The notes under the pieces were generated by a model that was not told where the DNA came from, did not search any database, and saw nothing but the letters and a program-made list of their open reading frames with translations. Below are positions 49,401 to 62,849 of a stretch of 64,000 nucleotides of DNA, one piece after another (within the stretch, counting starts at the first letter, position 1; the number at the start of each line of letters is the position of its first letter). The DNA is from Pristiophorus japonicus (Eukaryota): assembly GCF_044704955.1 (NCBI RefSeq), contig NC_091977.1, forward strand, positions 164,734,001 to 164,798,000, read 5' to 3'. A program made the translations under genes and the position numbers.

Positions 49401-51658
49401 TTAATTAGGAGGGGGAAAATAGAGTATGAGAGGAAGCTTGCTGGGAACATAAAAACTGACTGCAAAAGCTTCAATAGATAGGTGAAGAGAAAAAGATTAG
49501 TGAAGACAAACGTAGGTCCCTTGCAGTCAGATTCAGGTGAATTTATGATGGGGAACAAAGAAATGGCAGACCAGTTGAACAAATACTTTGGTTCTGTCTT
49601 CACGAAGGAAGACACAAATAACCTTCCGGAAATACTAGGGAACCGAAGGTCGAGTGAGAAGGAAATCCTTATTAGGCGGGAAATTGTGTTAGGGAAATTG
49701 ATGGGATTGAAGGCCGATAAATCCCCGGGGCCGGATAGTCTGCATCCCAGAGTACTTAAGGAAGTGGCCCTAGAAATAGTGGATGCATTGGTGATCATTT
49801 TCCAACAGTCTATAGACTCTGGATCAGTTCCTATGGACTGGAGGATAGGTAATGTAACACCACTTTTTAAAAAAGGAGGGAGAGAGAAAACGAGTAATTA
49901 TAGACCGGTTAGCCTGTCATCAGTCGTGGGGAAAATGTTGGAATCACTTATTATTAAAGATGAAATAGCAGCGCATTTGGAAAGCAGTGACAGGATCGGT
50001 CCAAGTCAGCATGGATTTATGAAAGGGAAATCAAGCTTGACAAATCTTCTGGAATTTTTTGAGGATGTAACTAGTAGAGTGGACAAGGGAGAACCATTGG
50101 ATGTGGTGTATTTGGATTTTGAAAAGGCTTTTGACAAGGTCCCACACAAGAGATTGGTGTGCAAAATTAAAGCACATGGTATTGGGGGTAATGTATTTAC
50201 GTGGATAGAGAACTGGTTGGCAGACAGGAAGCAGAGAGTCGGGATAAACGGGTCCTTTTTAAGAATGGCAGGCAGTGACTAGTGGGGTGCTGCAGTGCTC
50301 AGTGCTGGGATCCCAGCTATTTACAATATACATTAATGATTTAGATGAAGGAATTGAGTATAATATCTCCAAGTTTGCAGATGACACTAAGCTGGGTGAC
50401 GGTGTGAGCTGTGAGGAGGATGCTAAGAGGCTGCAGGGTGACTTGGACAGGTTAGGTGAGTGAGCAAATGCATGGCAGATGCAGTATAATGTGGATAAAT
50501 GTGAGGTTATCCACTTTGGTGGCAAAAACACGAAGGCAGAATATTATCTGAATGGCGGCAGATTAGGAAAAGGAGAGGTGCAACGAGACCTGGGTGTCAT
50601 GGTACATCAGTCATTGAAAGTTAGCATGCAGGTACAGCAGGCAGTGAAGAAGGCAAATGATATGTTGGCCTTCATAGCTAGGGGATTTGAGTGTAGGAGC
50701 AGGGAGGTCTTACTGCAGTTGTACAGGGCCATGGTGAGGCCTCACCTGGAATGTTGTGTTCAGTTTTGGTCTCCTAATCTGAGGAAGGGCGTTCTTGCTA
50801 TTGAGGTGTTTGCAGCGAAGGTTCACCAGACTGATTCCTGGGATGGCAGAACTGACATATGAGGAGAGACTGGATCGACTGGGCCTGTATTCACTGGAGT
50901 TTAGAAGGATGAGAGGGGATCTCATTGAACACACAAAATACTGACGGGACTGGACAGGTTAGATGCAGGAAGAATGTCCCCGATGTTGAGGAAGTCCAGA
51001 ACCAGGGGACACAGCCTAAGGATAAGGGGTAAGCCATTTGGGACTGAGATGAGGAGAAACTTCTTCACCGAGAGTTGTTAACCTGTGGAATTCTCTACCG
51101 CAGAGAGTTGTTGATGCCAGTTCATTGGATATATTCAAAAGGGAGTTAGATACCACCCTTGCAGCTAAAGGGATCAAGGGGTATGGAGAGAAAGCAGGAA
51201 AGAGGTACTGAGGTGAATGATCAGCCATGATCTTATTGAATAGTGGTGCAGGCTCGAAGGGCCGAATGACCTCCGCCTGCACCTATTTTCTATGTTTCTA
51301 TATAATTAAAATTAGTTTTTCAGGACCATAATTTTTGCAGTCAATACACTGTTAAAACCCCAGTTGCACCTAATCTCTTTGGGTCTAAGTTTTTGTGGAG
51401 AATTTAACAATGCACTGGTCAGTTTCCCTGATTTGAGAGATTTCACTGATTGTCAGCTGTGTTGAGGGGGAGGGGGGAGGGTGCGGTGGGGAAAGCACAG
51501 CGCAGCCTATGGAGGAGCAGCGAATGATAGACCACAACTTCAATAATTGTGCATTAGGCTGCACATATGTCAAATCCTGAAGCTGCGGTCAGTTTGAAAG
51601 GCAGAATGATGGCGAACGCTGCCATTTTGCTGTCATGCGGACCGTAAATTTCGGGTCA
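46452..51658. mobile_element. MITE-like element hosting the full-length CR1
   Basis: TGGCCCGGAATTT (46452) and AAATTTCGGGTCA (ending 51658) form imperfect TIRs. Confidence 0.5.
46845..51300 (+). mobile_element. Full-length decayed CR1 LINE (ORF1 47308-48236, ORF2 about 48420-51211)
   Basis: Four 5'UTR monomers. ORF1 zinc finger plus GDS/HIGAND esterase. APE and RT motifs. TTCTATGTTTCTA tail. Many stops and frameshifts; no TSD found. Confidence 0.95.
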
Positions 51659-51909
51659 TTATGAACGATGACATGCCACAGCCAATAGTAAGGTCTGATG
51701 ACTCCACTTGTCAAATGCTCGCTATTTCTCATTGCTGTGTAAGGGAGATCTTTTTTTTCCCTTTTGTTGTCCATCATTAAAAATACTGTGTTGATTTGGG
51801 TAAGTTGATGATGAAAATAGCTATGTACTGTTGGAAGAGCAACATTAATTGTCATAAAATTTTATAAATGTTTGCACTTAATGTAAGAGTGTCAATTGAC
51901 AAGGTGTTA

Positions 51910-52170
51910 AACAACAAAGACAATAACTTGCATTTTTATATTGCTTTTAACGTATTAAAACATCCCAAGGAGCTTTACAGGAATGTAATTTGGCAAAACC
52001 TGATGGAGCCAAAAAATGAGTATAGGTGACTAAACGCTTAGACAAAGAGGTAGGTTTTAATCAGAGTCAAAGGTGGAGAGGCAACAAGGTTCCTGGAGGG
52101 AATTCTGTAGCTTGGGACCTAAATGGCTGAAGGCATGGCTGCCAATGGTGGAGCGAAGGAAATCAATTTA
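51910..52170 (-). mobile_element. L2 3' fragment
   Basis: AACTTGCATTTTTATA..CATCCCAAGG..AAAGAGGTAGGTTTTAA, as at 8069. Confidence 0.7.
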
Positions 52171-53596
52171 GAAGAAATATTATCATCTTGCCATCACCAG
52201 TATTGAAAATAGCAACTTTATATCCTACACTCTGCAGAATTCAATCCTATCAGGGCAATTATTTATTTAAATTGTTAATTGAATATTTGGATACCTCAGA
52301 CCTGAGCCTGTCTAAATGTTGAAATGAACAACTCAATAACTTATTACGGCTGCTCAATCACGACAGTAATCATTTGAAGCAACCATCATAGACAAAATGA
52401 TAGTGATTGATTTCTCATAGTTTAATGTAAAGCATAGCAGAACTAGCAATCCATGTCTTATGTACATTCATTCATACTACATAGGGTAGTAGTATTTGTG
52501 TACCAGTGGATAGAATACAAGCTTGATTAAATAAAGAATTTCTGCCAAGACAAAACATGATTGCTCGATTAGTGAAGATCAAAAGTACAATTCAGTGTTC
52601 ACCAACAATGCATTACAGTCTTCTATAGAGATTTCCCAAAAGGTTGTCTGTAATGCCTTGCCCTAACTGGATTTTTATTTTAAATCTCCCAAAGTGGGAT
52701 GCATTGAGTCATGAATGACAGTTGCATGTCAGTTATGGTCAGCCTCAAGAGATCTCCTATTCTATGGTTGGATTGGACTTCCATCCAACTCTATTTTTCT
52801 ACTTTTCTCCCCTTCTGAAAACATGGATTCTTGCAGGGGTATAGTTTCATGGCTACTGGCAGCTCTCTGATACATTGGCCAAATGACTACAAGTCATGTG
52901 TGAACTTAGATAATGAGTATTGGTGGGATAATTGACCGTGTAGGGCATGAAGGCCAATCTCAATTCTGTTCTAGACAAGTAATTTCAAGGAAGCCAATTA
53001 GTGTTTCAACTGCAAAGATAAGTTAACTAAAAAAAACAAGTTCTCTCCACTCTAGATGACAATGTACCTTAACTTCAACTGCAAGAGCACCTCAAAGTGC
53101 ACCCATTTTCTACTTCCTACACCAGTTATATTGTGGCTTCTGTGCATGAGGTCTCTATTCATCACCAAATAAAGGCAATTGAGCCCGTACCCAGTACAAA
53201 CTGGATCTAGACTGCTGAAACTCACTTGCATCTTATTAATCTGAACTGGATTTGAACCAAAGTTCTAGATTCCAGTAACCTACAACACCATCCAGTTCCC
53301 ACATGGGATGTTCCTTAATATTTGCACGAGAATCTGTAACCCCGATTTTTAGATTAAAAATCGTACTTTTGATAATGGACAGTATTTAAATTCAATGGCA
53401 CAATTCATTAAAAAAATTAAAAGCAAGAAAAATGCCAATTGTTTATATGGATGGTGTGGAAGATTGCCCTTTCATATCAGTGGTGTGATAATGCATGATT
53501 ATTGTGGAAGTGGCTAAGATATATTGAACTCCTATATAAACTAATACTTTTCAAATGGTTCTATTCTGGTCACAGTGTCTTTTATTTGTCTTTTCA

Positions 53597-55495
53597 TAGA
53601 ATCATAGAATAGAATCACAGAAATTTACAGCATGGAAGGGGGCCATTTCGGCCCATCGTGTTTGTGCTGGCTGACAAACAGCAATCCAGCCTAATCCCAC
53701 TTTCCAGCTTTTGGTCCATGGTCCGTAGCCCTGCAGGTTACAGCATTTCAAGTGCACATCCAAGCATCCCTTAAATGTGTGAGGGTTTCTGCCTCTACCA
53801 CCCTTTCAGGCAATGAGTTCCAGACCCCTACCACCCTCTGGGTGAAGAAATTTCCCCTCATATCTCTTCTAAACCTCTTACCAATTACTTTAAATCGATG
53901 TCCCCTGGTTGTTGACCCCTCCGCCAAGGGAAATAGGTCCTTCCTATCCACTCTTTCTAGGCCCCTCATAATTTTATATACCTCAATAAGATCACCCCTC
54001 AGCCTCCTCTGTTCCAAGGAAAACAACCCAGCTTATTCAGTCTTTCCTCATAGCTTAAATTTTCCAGACTTGGCAACATCCTCGTAAATCTCCTCTGTAC
54101 CCTCTCCAGTGCAATCACATATTTCCTGTAATGTGACCAGAACTGCACATAGTACTCTAGCTGTGGCCTTACTAATGTTTTATAGAGTTGAAGCATAACC
54201 TCCCTGCTTTTTGTATTGTCTGCCTCAACTAATAAAGGCAAGTATTCTGTATGCCGCCTTCATCACCTTAGCTACCTGCCCTGCTACCTTCAGGGATCTG
54301 TGGACCTGCACTCCAAGGTCCCTTTGTTCCTCTACACTTCAGTGTCCTACCATTTAAAATACATTTGCACCGTCACCTGGGAATCCCTGGCGCAAGACTG
54401 CTGAAAATGGAGGAGAAGCATCTGGGAAGACACTGAACACCTTCGCCGGGAGCAAGCAGAAGCCAAGCGCAAACAGCGGAAGGATTGCACGACAGCCCAA
54501 GCACCCACCCACCCGTCCCTTCAACCACCGTCTGCCCCACCAGTGACTGTAGGTCCTACATTGGATGCATCAGGCATCTGAGAACTCGTTTTAGTGAGGA
54601 ATCAAGTCATCCTCTACCCCGAGGGACTGCCTAAGAAGATGATGCTTCCCTTGCCTTGTTAGCCCTCCCCAAATGCATTACCTCACACTTCTACGGATTG
54701 AATTCCATTTGCCACTGTTCTGCCCATCTGAACAGTTCATTGATATCCTCCTGCAGTCTGCAGCTTTCTTCTTCATTATCGACCACACAGCCTAGTTTTG
54801 TATCATCTGCAACCTTCTTATCATACTCCCTACATTCAATTCCAAATCATTGATATATACCATAAAAATCAAGGGACCTAGTACTGAACCCTGCAGAACC
54901 CCACTGGAAACATCCTTCCAGTCACAAAAACCACTACCCTTTGCTTCCTGCCAATTTTTGACCCAACTTGCCGTTTTGCCCTGGATCCCATGGGCTTTTA
55001 CTTTTGTAACCTGTCTGCCATGTGGGACCTTATCAAAAGCCTTGCTAAAATCCATATGTACTACCCTCATCGACCCTCCGTGTTACCTCTTCAAAAAATT
55101 CAATCAAGTTAGTCAGACACGATCTTCCCTTAACAAATCCATGCTGTTGTCCTTGCTTAATCTATGTCTTTCCAAATGAAGATTTATCCTGTCCCTCAGA
55201 ATTTTTTCCAATAATTTTCCCACCACCGAGATTAGGCTGACTGGCCTGTAATTACTCGGTCTGTACCTTTCTCCCTTTTTAAACAAAGGTACAACATTAG
55301 CAGTCTTCGAGTCCTCTGACACTACACCCATAGCCAGAGAGGATTGGAAAATGATGGTCAGAGCCTCTGCTATTTCCTCCTTTGCTTCTTTTAACAACCT
55401 GGGATACATTTCATCCAGGCTTGGGGATTTATCCACTTTCATAGCTGCTAAGTCCCTTAATACTTCCTCTCACTATGTTATTTCATCTAATATTT
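53597..55495 (-). mobile_element. 5'-truncated CR1 ((ATTCTATG)n tail) with a nested RTE fragment
   Basis: ORFs 55113-55442, 54792-55070, 53999-54241 and 53748-54026. Confidence 0.9.
54360..54643 (+). mobile_element. RTE-clade LINE 3' fragment
   Basis: TWESLAQD..W.R, a CPT..C...IG...H zinc-finger-like end, and the tail CAAGTCATCCTC..CGAGGGACTGCCTAAGAAGATGATG. Confidence 0.8.
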
Positions 55496-56961
55496 TACAC
55501 ACACGCAAGTGAATATAGAAATAAGAGGATAGAGCAGATGAATGCATGGCTGACGAGATGGTGCAAGAGGAAGGGCTTCAGATTCTTGGTACATTGGGAC
55601 CTGTACAGGCCGGATGGGTTGCATCTCAACAGGGCCGGAACTAATGTCCTCACGGGGAGGTTTGCTAGTGCTGTTGGGGAAGGTTTAAACTAATTTGGCA
55701 GGGTGATGGGTACCAGGATGTAGCATTAGAAAGGAGAAATAAAGTGCTCAAGGGAATGAGAGGCAGAGAGCACGAAAATAAGAAATAGTAAGGTATTAGG
55801 TGGGGTCCAACTAAGAGAGAATACAGGATAGTCCAAGATGGGTTTACAGTGTATGTATGTGAATGCACAAATCGTAGTAAACAAGGTAAATGAGCTGCAA
55901 GTACAAATAGCCACATGTGAATATAAGACCTGGTTCAAAGGGCAGGATTGGGTATTAAATATTCCTGGTTATAAGGTGTTCAGGAAAGATAACAGGTGGT
56001 GTGGCAGTATTAGTTAAAGAGAATGTTACAGTGCTGGAGAAGGAAATTGTCCTGGAGGGGTCAAGGACAGAATTTATATGGCTAGAGTTAAGAAATAATA
56101 GAGGTGCCATTACACTACTAGGTGTATTCGATAGATCACCAAATAGTGGGAAAGATATGGAGGACCAAATTTGCAGAGAAATTACAGAGAGGTGCAAGAA
56201 CTATAGGGTAGTAATAATGGAGGACTTCCAAGTATCCTAATATCGACTGGGATCGTAAAAACGTAAAGGGCAGAGAAGGGGAAGAATTTCTGAAGTGTGT
56301 TCAGGGGAACTTTCTTGCTCAGTATGTTTCCGTTCGATGAGGGAGGAGGCACTGCTGGATCTGGTTCTGGGGAATGAAGTGGAGCAAGTGTCAGTAGGGG
56401 AACATTTAGGGAGCAGCGATCATAGTATCGCTATCAATTTAGATTCGTTGTGAAAAAGGACAGGGAGCATCCAGAGTAAAAATGTTTAACTCCGGGGAGG
56501 CCAATATCAGTGGATGAGAACGGATCTGGCCTGGGTAAATTAGAATCTGTGATTGGCAGGCAAAACTGTAGTGAAACAATGGGCTGCCTTTAAAGAGGAA
56601 ATAGTTTGGGTACAGTCGAGGTACATTCCCACTAGGGGGAAAGGTAGAGCAACTAAAGCCAGAAGCTCCTTGAATGACGAAACAGATAGAGAATATGATG
56701 AAGCAGAAAAACAGCGTGTGTGACAGATGTTAGGTTGCAAATACATCTGAGAATCAGGCTATATATAGAAAGGTCAGAGGAGAAGTGAAAAAGAAAATAA
56801 GAGGGGCAAAGAGAGGGAATGAGAATAGAATGGCAGTCAACATAAAAGGTAATCCAACTATAGGCATATAAATAGTAAGAGGAGGGGTGGGGCCGATTAG
56901 AGACCAAAAAGGCCTATACATTGAAGCAGAGGGTATGGCTGAGGTACTTACATTTTGAGTA

Positions 56962-57629
56962 CAGGTTGAACCTCCCTTATCCGGGACACCCTTATCCAGC
57001 ACCACCCCTCATCCGGCATAATTCCCGGCGGGGATGGCGCATGTGTAGATACATTTTTTTTCGCATTCGGCAATATTCTCTGCTCGCCTCAAGACGGAGA
57101 CTTCTTCCTCGGGTCCAGTTGTGATGGCACTGATTGCCTAAGTGGCCTTGATGGTGGGTATTCAAGTTGGGGGAGAGGTTCAACCTGTACTACTAATTAT
57201 ATTTTGAATTAAATTATAAATTAAAGTTTCATAAAAGTATTTTTTTTTTAAAGAAATATGTCCCCCCCACCCCCCCCCCCCCCCCCCCCCACCAGCAAGT
57301 TCTTTGCTTTGCCGAGCTTGGCTGGTATCTTTCTCCTCGATGCCAGAGTTATCGGCTGCCTCCTCCTCGTTGCCCAGCTGGGACTCCTGCAGACGCAGTC
57401 CTCGGGCCGGCCGTTCCTCCGCTCAGTACTCCCTCCGGAGGGTCGGGCTGGTGTGCCGCGATCTTGGGCCCGCTCGGGCTGTGCCGACCTCCCGCTTGGG
57501 CTGCCAACCTCCTTTTTTTTCCCCCTCCTCTCCACCGACCGTGGGCCGCTGACCTCCCTATATCCGACAAAATCCCTTATCCGGCACAGGCCAGATCCCA
57601 AATGTGCCAGATAAGGAAGGTTCAACCTG
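56962..57629. mobile_element. Tc1/mariner pogo/Tigger-like MITE
   Basis: TA|CAGGTTGAACCTCCCTTATCCGG ... CCAGATAAGGAAGGTTCAACCTG|TA: TIRs of about 23 bp with a TA TSD. Confidence 0.88.
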
Positions 57630-57631
57630 TA

Positions 57632-58106
57632 CCTCTTTAAGGAGATGATAAGTATTAATTACTGCTAATCAGCTGTTCTGGCATTGAAAATTAACAATCA
57701 CAAGTGGGAAGTTTTATTCCTTAAACTATTAATTATTGGAGATTTTACAAATTTCAAATTACTTTTTACTTTTCCTTTGTCTTTTTCCTCCCTGTCTTAA
57801 TCCAATCTTTATCACCCTCTCTTTATTTCTCTTTCTGTACCGGATTTAATACTGAATTTACCCACTCTAATTTACACTTGCTTCTTTATTCTTCCTGTTT
57901 ATTTCTCAATCGTTCAATCTCATTGGTTGCGATACACAATTGCTTGCCCTGTTCACTCAGGTTCCAGATGCCCTGTTTCCCTCGCTGTGACGTTATCAGC
58001 TCGCACTTTCCGCAACTTGTTACTCAAAAAGTAAAAAAATTTAAACATGCAAGGGCAAGTCCAACTAACGGCAGACACCGTTAGAAGCCTTGCAACAAAT
58101 CTGGGC
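57632..58106. mobile_element. MITE-like element, homolog of 33610-37388
   Basis: Shares CCCACTCTAATTTACACTT and CCCTGTTCACTCAGGTTCCAGAT; ends AAATCTGGGCC. Confidence 0.65.
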
Positions 58107-59954
58107 CATTACTGCCTCTTTTACGAGGGATCTGACAGATGCATATACACTGTGCTTTGCATCTGTCTTCACCAAGGAAGGGAATACTGCCATAGACATA
58201 GTGAAAGAGGAGGTAGTGGAGACACTTGATGGGATAAAAATTGATAGAGGTATGAGAAAGGCTGGAAGTACTTAAAGTTGATAAATCACCAGGAGCGGAT
58301 GGGATGCATCCTAGGATGCTGAGGGAATTGAGAGCAGAAATTGCGGAGATAGTGGCGATTATTAACCAATCCTCCATAGATACTGGGGGGATTGCCAGAG
58401 GACTGGAAAATTGCAAATGTTACACCATTGTTCAAAAAAGGGTGTAAAGATAAACCCAGCAACTACAGGCCAGTCAGTTTAACCTCAGTAGTGGGGAAGT
58501 TTTTAGAAACGTAATTATGGAGAAAATTAAGTCACTTGGACAGAGGTGGATTAATTAAGGAAAGCCAGCATGGAATTGTTAAAGGCAAATCATGTTTAAC
58601 CAACTTGATCGAGTTTTTTTTGAGGTAACAGAAGGTTGATGACAGTAATGTGGTTGACAACGTGCATATGGATTTCCAAAGGGCATTCAACAAAGTGCCA
58701 CATAATAGGCTTGCCAGCCAAATTGAAGCCCATGGAATAAAAGGGACAGTGGCAGCCTGCTACGCAATTGGCTAAGTGACTGGAAACAGAGAGTAGTGGT
58801 GAACGGTTGTTTTTTGGACCCGAATACAGTGGTGTTCCCCAGGGGTCGGTTCCAGGACAATCGCTTTTCTTAATATATAAATGACTTGGACAGGGTGTAT
58901 CGGGCGCAATTTAAACATTTGCAGATGACACAAAACTTGGAAGTATAGTGAACAGTGAGGAGGAGAGTGATAAACTTCAGGAAGACATTGACAGGCTGGT
59001 GTAATGGGCGGACAAGTGTCGAGATGAAATTTAACACAGAAAAATGTGAACTGATGCATTTTGATAGAATGAACGAGAAGAGGGCATATAAACTAAATGG
59101 TACAATCCTAAAGAGGGTGCACGAACAGAGCGACCTGGGAGTTTGTGTACATAAATATTTGAAGGTGGCAGGGCAGGTTGACAAAGCAGTTGAAAATGCT
59201 TACGGGATCCTGGGCTTCATAAATAGAGGCTTAAGAGTACAAAAGTGTGGCATTTATGATGAACCAGTATAAAACACTGATTTGGCCCCAACTGGAGTAC
59301 TGTGTTCAATTCTGGGCACCACACTTTAGGAAGGATGCGAAGGCCTTAGAAAAGGTGCAGAAAAGATTTACGAGAATGATTCCAGGAATGAGGGACTTCA
59401 GTTATGTTAATAGACTGTAGAAGCTGGGGTTATTCTCCTTGGAGCAAAGAAGATTGAGAGGAGATTTGATGGAGGTGTTCAAAGTCATGAGTGGGGTCTG
59501 AACAGAGTAGATCGAGAGAAGCTGTTCCCATTGGCAAAAGTGTAGAGAACTAGAGGACACAGATTTAAGGCGATTGGCAAAAGAACCAAAGGCGATGTAA
59601 GAAAAAACTTTTACACAGCGAATGGTTAACATCTGGAATGTACTGCCTGAAAGGGTGGTGAGAGGCAGACTCCAAATCTTATCTTTCAAAAGGGAGTTGG
59701 ATAAATATCTGAAGGAAAATAAATTGCAGGGGAGTGGGACTAGCTGAGAGTCAGCACGGGCTCGACGGGCCAAATGGCCGCCTTCCGTGCTGTCACCATT
59801 CTATGATTCTATAATTAGTATAGGGAAAATGTCGATATTGAAGAAGCATAGAGTTTTTAAATAGTTCTGGACTAATTTATGGCCATGAAACTTAAATGAA
59901 AATAATTCTATTAATCTCATTCATATCCTCTTCATTACAAAGGCTACTGACTTT

Positions 59955-60465
59955 GACTTCTAATATTGCCTGTCTCCACCTCTACCTCAGATCATCAGCT
60001 GCTGAAATCCTCGACCATGCAATTATCAGCTCCAGGCTCGCCTATTCCAATACTTGCCTGGTCGCTCTCCCATCCTAAACCATCCATAATCTTCACTTCC
60101 AAAACTTATCCCACGTTAAGTCCCAATCAGATTCCTCCATAGCCTCGCTCCGCCCTATCTCTGTAATCTTCTCCAACTCTCCGAGATATCTACGCTCCTC
60201 CAATTATGCCCTATTGCGCATTCCGCATTTTAATTGCTCCATCATTAGCAGCCATGCCTTCAGCTGCCAAGGCATTAAGCTCTGGAATTCCCTCCATAAA
60301 CCTCTCTACCTCTCTTTCCTCCTTTAAGACGCTCCTTAAAACCTATCCTGCCCGAATATCTCCTTATGTGGCTCGGTATCATCAAATTTTGTTTGATAAC
60401 ACTCCTGTAAATGCCTTGGGATGTTTTACTACGTTAAAGGCGCTCTATTAATACAACTTGTTGTC
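59955..60465 (+). mobile_element. L2 3' fragment
   Basis: NIACLH..L.SSAAEIL.HAIISSRLAYSN, then the tail GCCTTGGGATGTTTTACTACGTTAAAGGCGCT. Confidence 0.85.
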
Positions 60466-61786
60466 AAAGGCACCATAGAAATGCAAATTGTTCTACTAAT
60501 TCCTAACAAAGCCTTATAAGCTCACTCCATATATACAACTCAACTCAAATATTGGAGAGAAGCAAGATGGCTTTGACCATATGTGCATATCCCAAATACC
60601 AACATTCAAATTATTTTATTACTATTGTAGGTTGTGTTCAGTTCATGACCTGTTTGTTTTAGTAGAACTCTTACAATTGGAAAAAAGAATTCCGACACTG
60701 ATCAATTTACAGCTAAATAATGACATCTGGACTACATTAATGAACTGATTGTAGCATTACTCATATGTGACCAATTTGCATTGAACTCTGATTGTTCTTT
60801 CAATCACAAGCTGCAATTAAAAGGCAGACTTACAATCCTAAAGAGTCAAGACTTATATTGTGTATACGTTGCATTATTAAAAAATATATACATTTGTTAC
60901 AGTTTGAGCGTGGAATAGTATTTCAGTGGAAAAGCCCTGATTATGCTGCTTAAGCCAGAATACTTACCACAAATCTTTAGAATTTTACATTATTGTATAT
61001 TGCAAGCATTAATTTTATTTGTATGATGTGGAAAAACTATTGAGTGGCTGCTTTTTGAGTTTGTAGAGATCGGCAGCTTGTATTGATGGCAGTCTTTTTA
61101 TATACAGCCTGGCTTTCATTCTATGGATGTACTCTTGGGCTATGATTCAGTCTCTGCTTTTCTTGAAATGTGCAAAATTGTTTCTCTTAATGCAAGTTTA
61201 GTAAAATCATAGTCAACAATATTGAAAATCCAGAAATGTTGTACTGTTCTAACACAGCATATTGTAATTTTGAGATACTGAATAAACTGCGCATAGTTTT
61301 TAAAACATGGTCTTGCATGATTCGGTGTCAGTTTTTATCTGATTACGATACTGTGAAGCGCCTTGGGGCATTTTGTTATATTAAAAGCGTACTATAAATG
61401 CAGTTCCCATTGTTATAGTTAAAAGCATTAGATTGGTCCTAACTCTCTGGACATTTCCAAATCCTTTGGTTCAACACATATTTAAACAAAGGTGACTGGA
61501 GTCTCAATAACGTCATTACAGTCCTCTCTGATATTACATTCTTACTGGGTGTGAAGTTTGGAGATGTTGGCTACAGATGTAAGAGTGGGGGAAGAGGGGG
61601 AGGGTGGAATGTATATAAAATGACTTGAATATAGCATGCGCCTCCATTTTTTATTTGTCCTCCAGATGTGGACAACTCTTGCAAGGCTTCATTTATTACC
61701 CATCCTTGTTGCAAACCATATTCCTGTTCTCGAGTTTTTTCAATTAATTTTCTTATGTTAATATTGTCAACAGTGTAAAATGCACT

Positions 61787-62290
61787 GGGCTGGAATTTGA
61801 TCAGCCTTTCCGCTGCATTTTTCGGTGATATTCCTCTTTTTCGGTGGAAAACCACCCGGTGGGAATTTCATCAGTGTTCCGCCGGCGGTTTCGAAATATC
61901 ACTGGGGAGCGGACCGCCCACGTGCAACACTGTAAAAACCACTACTGCCCGAATTTGGTGGTAGCGGTGATTGGTGGGAAAAAAACGCCATGGAAAAACC
62001 AGCTGGAGCAGCCCTTCGATCAGCGGTAGGTATGATACCCTGCGCAAAAAGGTAAGAGAATGTTTTTTTAATATATTTTGCAGCAATTCACTGGAAAAGG
62101 GTCCTGTGAATGTTTTCTGATTTTTTTTTTGAAAATATATATTTTGTTTTTCCCCCTCCTAGGCCCAACTCGTAGCCTTGGACTAAATTTGACCAGGATC
62201 GCGTTTTCTGCTAAGAATTCACATGCAATGATGATTTTTCCTGCCGGGCAGATTTTTTTCCACTTTTTGATTAATTTTCGACGATCTTAA
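61787..62290. mobile_element. CpG-containing MITE-like arm
   Basis: The GGGCTGGAATTT start resembles the other GGGC-TIR elements. Right end not resolved. Confidence 0.4.
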
Positions 62291-62849
62291 TTGAATAATC
62301 ATAGCATTTTTTGGGGTGGTAATCTGGTGGTGGCGGATTTTGATCAAAATCCAGCTCTTTGTAAACATAATGGGAATTCCTATGCAAAAGCACTTGTGCG
62401 AATCACCTCGTTTTGTTCACTATTTTGTTTTTCAACTTTATAGTAGGTTTTCTTTTAATTTTCTCTCTGCCCATTGCTGTTGCCTCCACAACTCACTGCT
62501 CTCTGCACACTCTGTTAAATTACCCTGCTGCTTCTGCTGTGCTCCCCTATCTTGAGCCATTTAAAACATTTTTCATCAGCCCATTTGCTCTTTCCACAGC
62601 AACAGTTACATCAGAGTGACCAGAAAAACACAAGCTCATGCATACAGCCATAAATGGAGAGTAAAAATGTTCCCAGAAGATGCCGATGAACACACAGAGC
62701 CTCAAGAACATATTGCGCTCCAGTTCAGATTACTTCTGTCATTTAACAATCTCCCGTTTTCCAATCCAATCCAATCGCTTTAAAGCTGATTATTTTCCTT
62801 TTTGTGTGGATGTGGTCTTTTTTTCCTCCTTTTCCTTGCTCTGTTCCTT

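Larger units (their letters stand above)
55500..59812 (+). mobile_element. Old CR1 from the end of ORF1 to the tail, interrupted at about 56952-58150
   Basis: Esterase end DGLHLNRAGTNVL...VGEGLN*, then APE and RT remnants and an ATTCTATGATTCTAT tail. May be two subfamilies joined. Confidence 0.85.

Noticed and set aside
53597-59812. Twin-priming inversion of one CR1 at about 55500
   Set aside because: Both arms have their own 3' tails and overlapping RT regions, so they are independent insertions.
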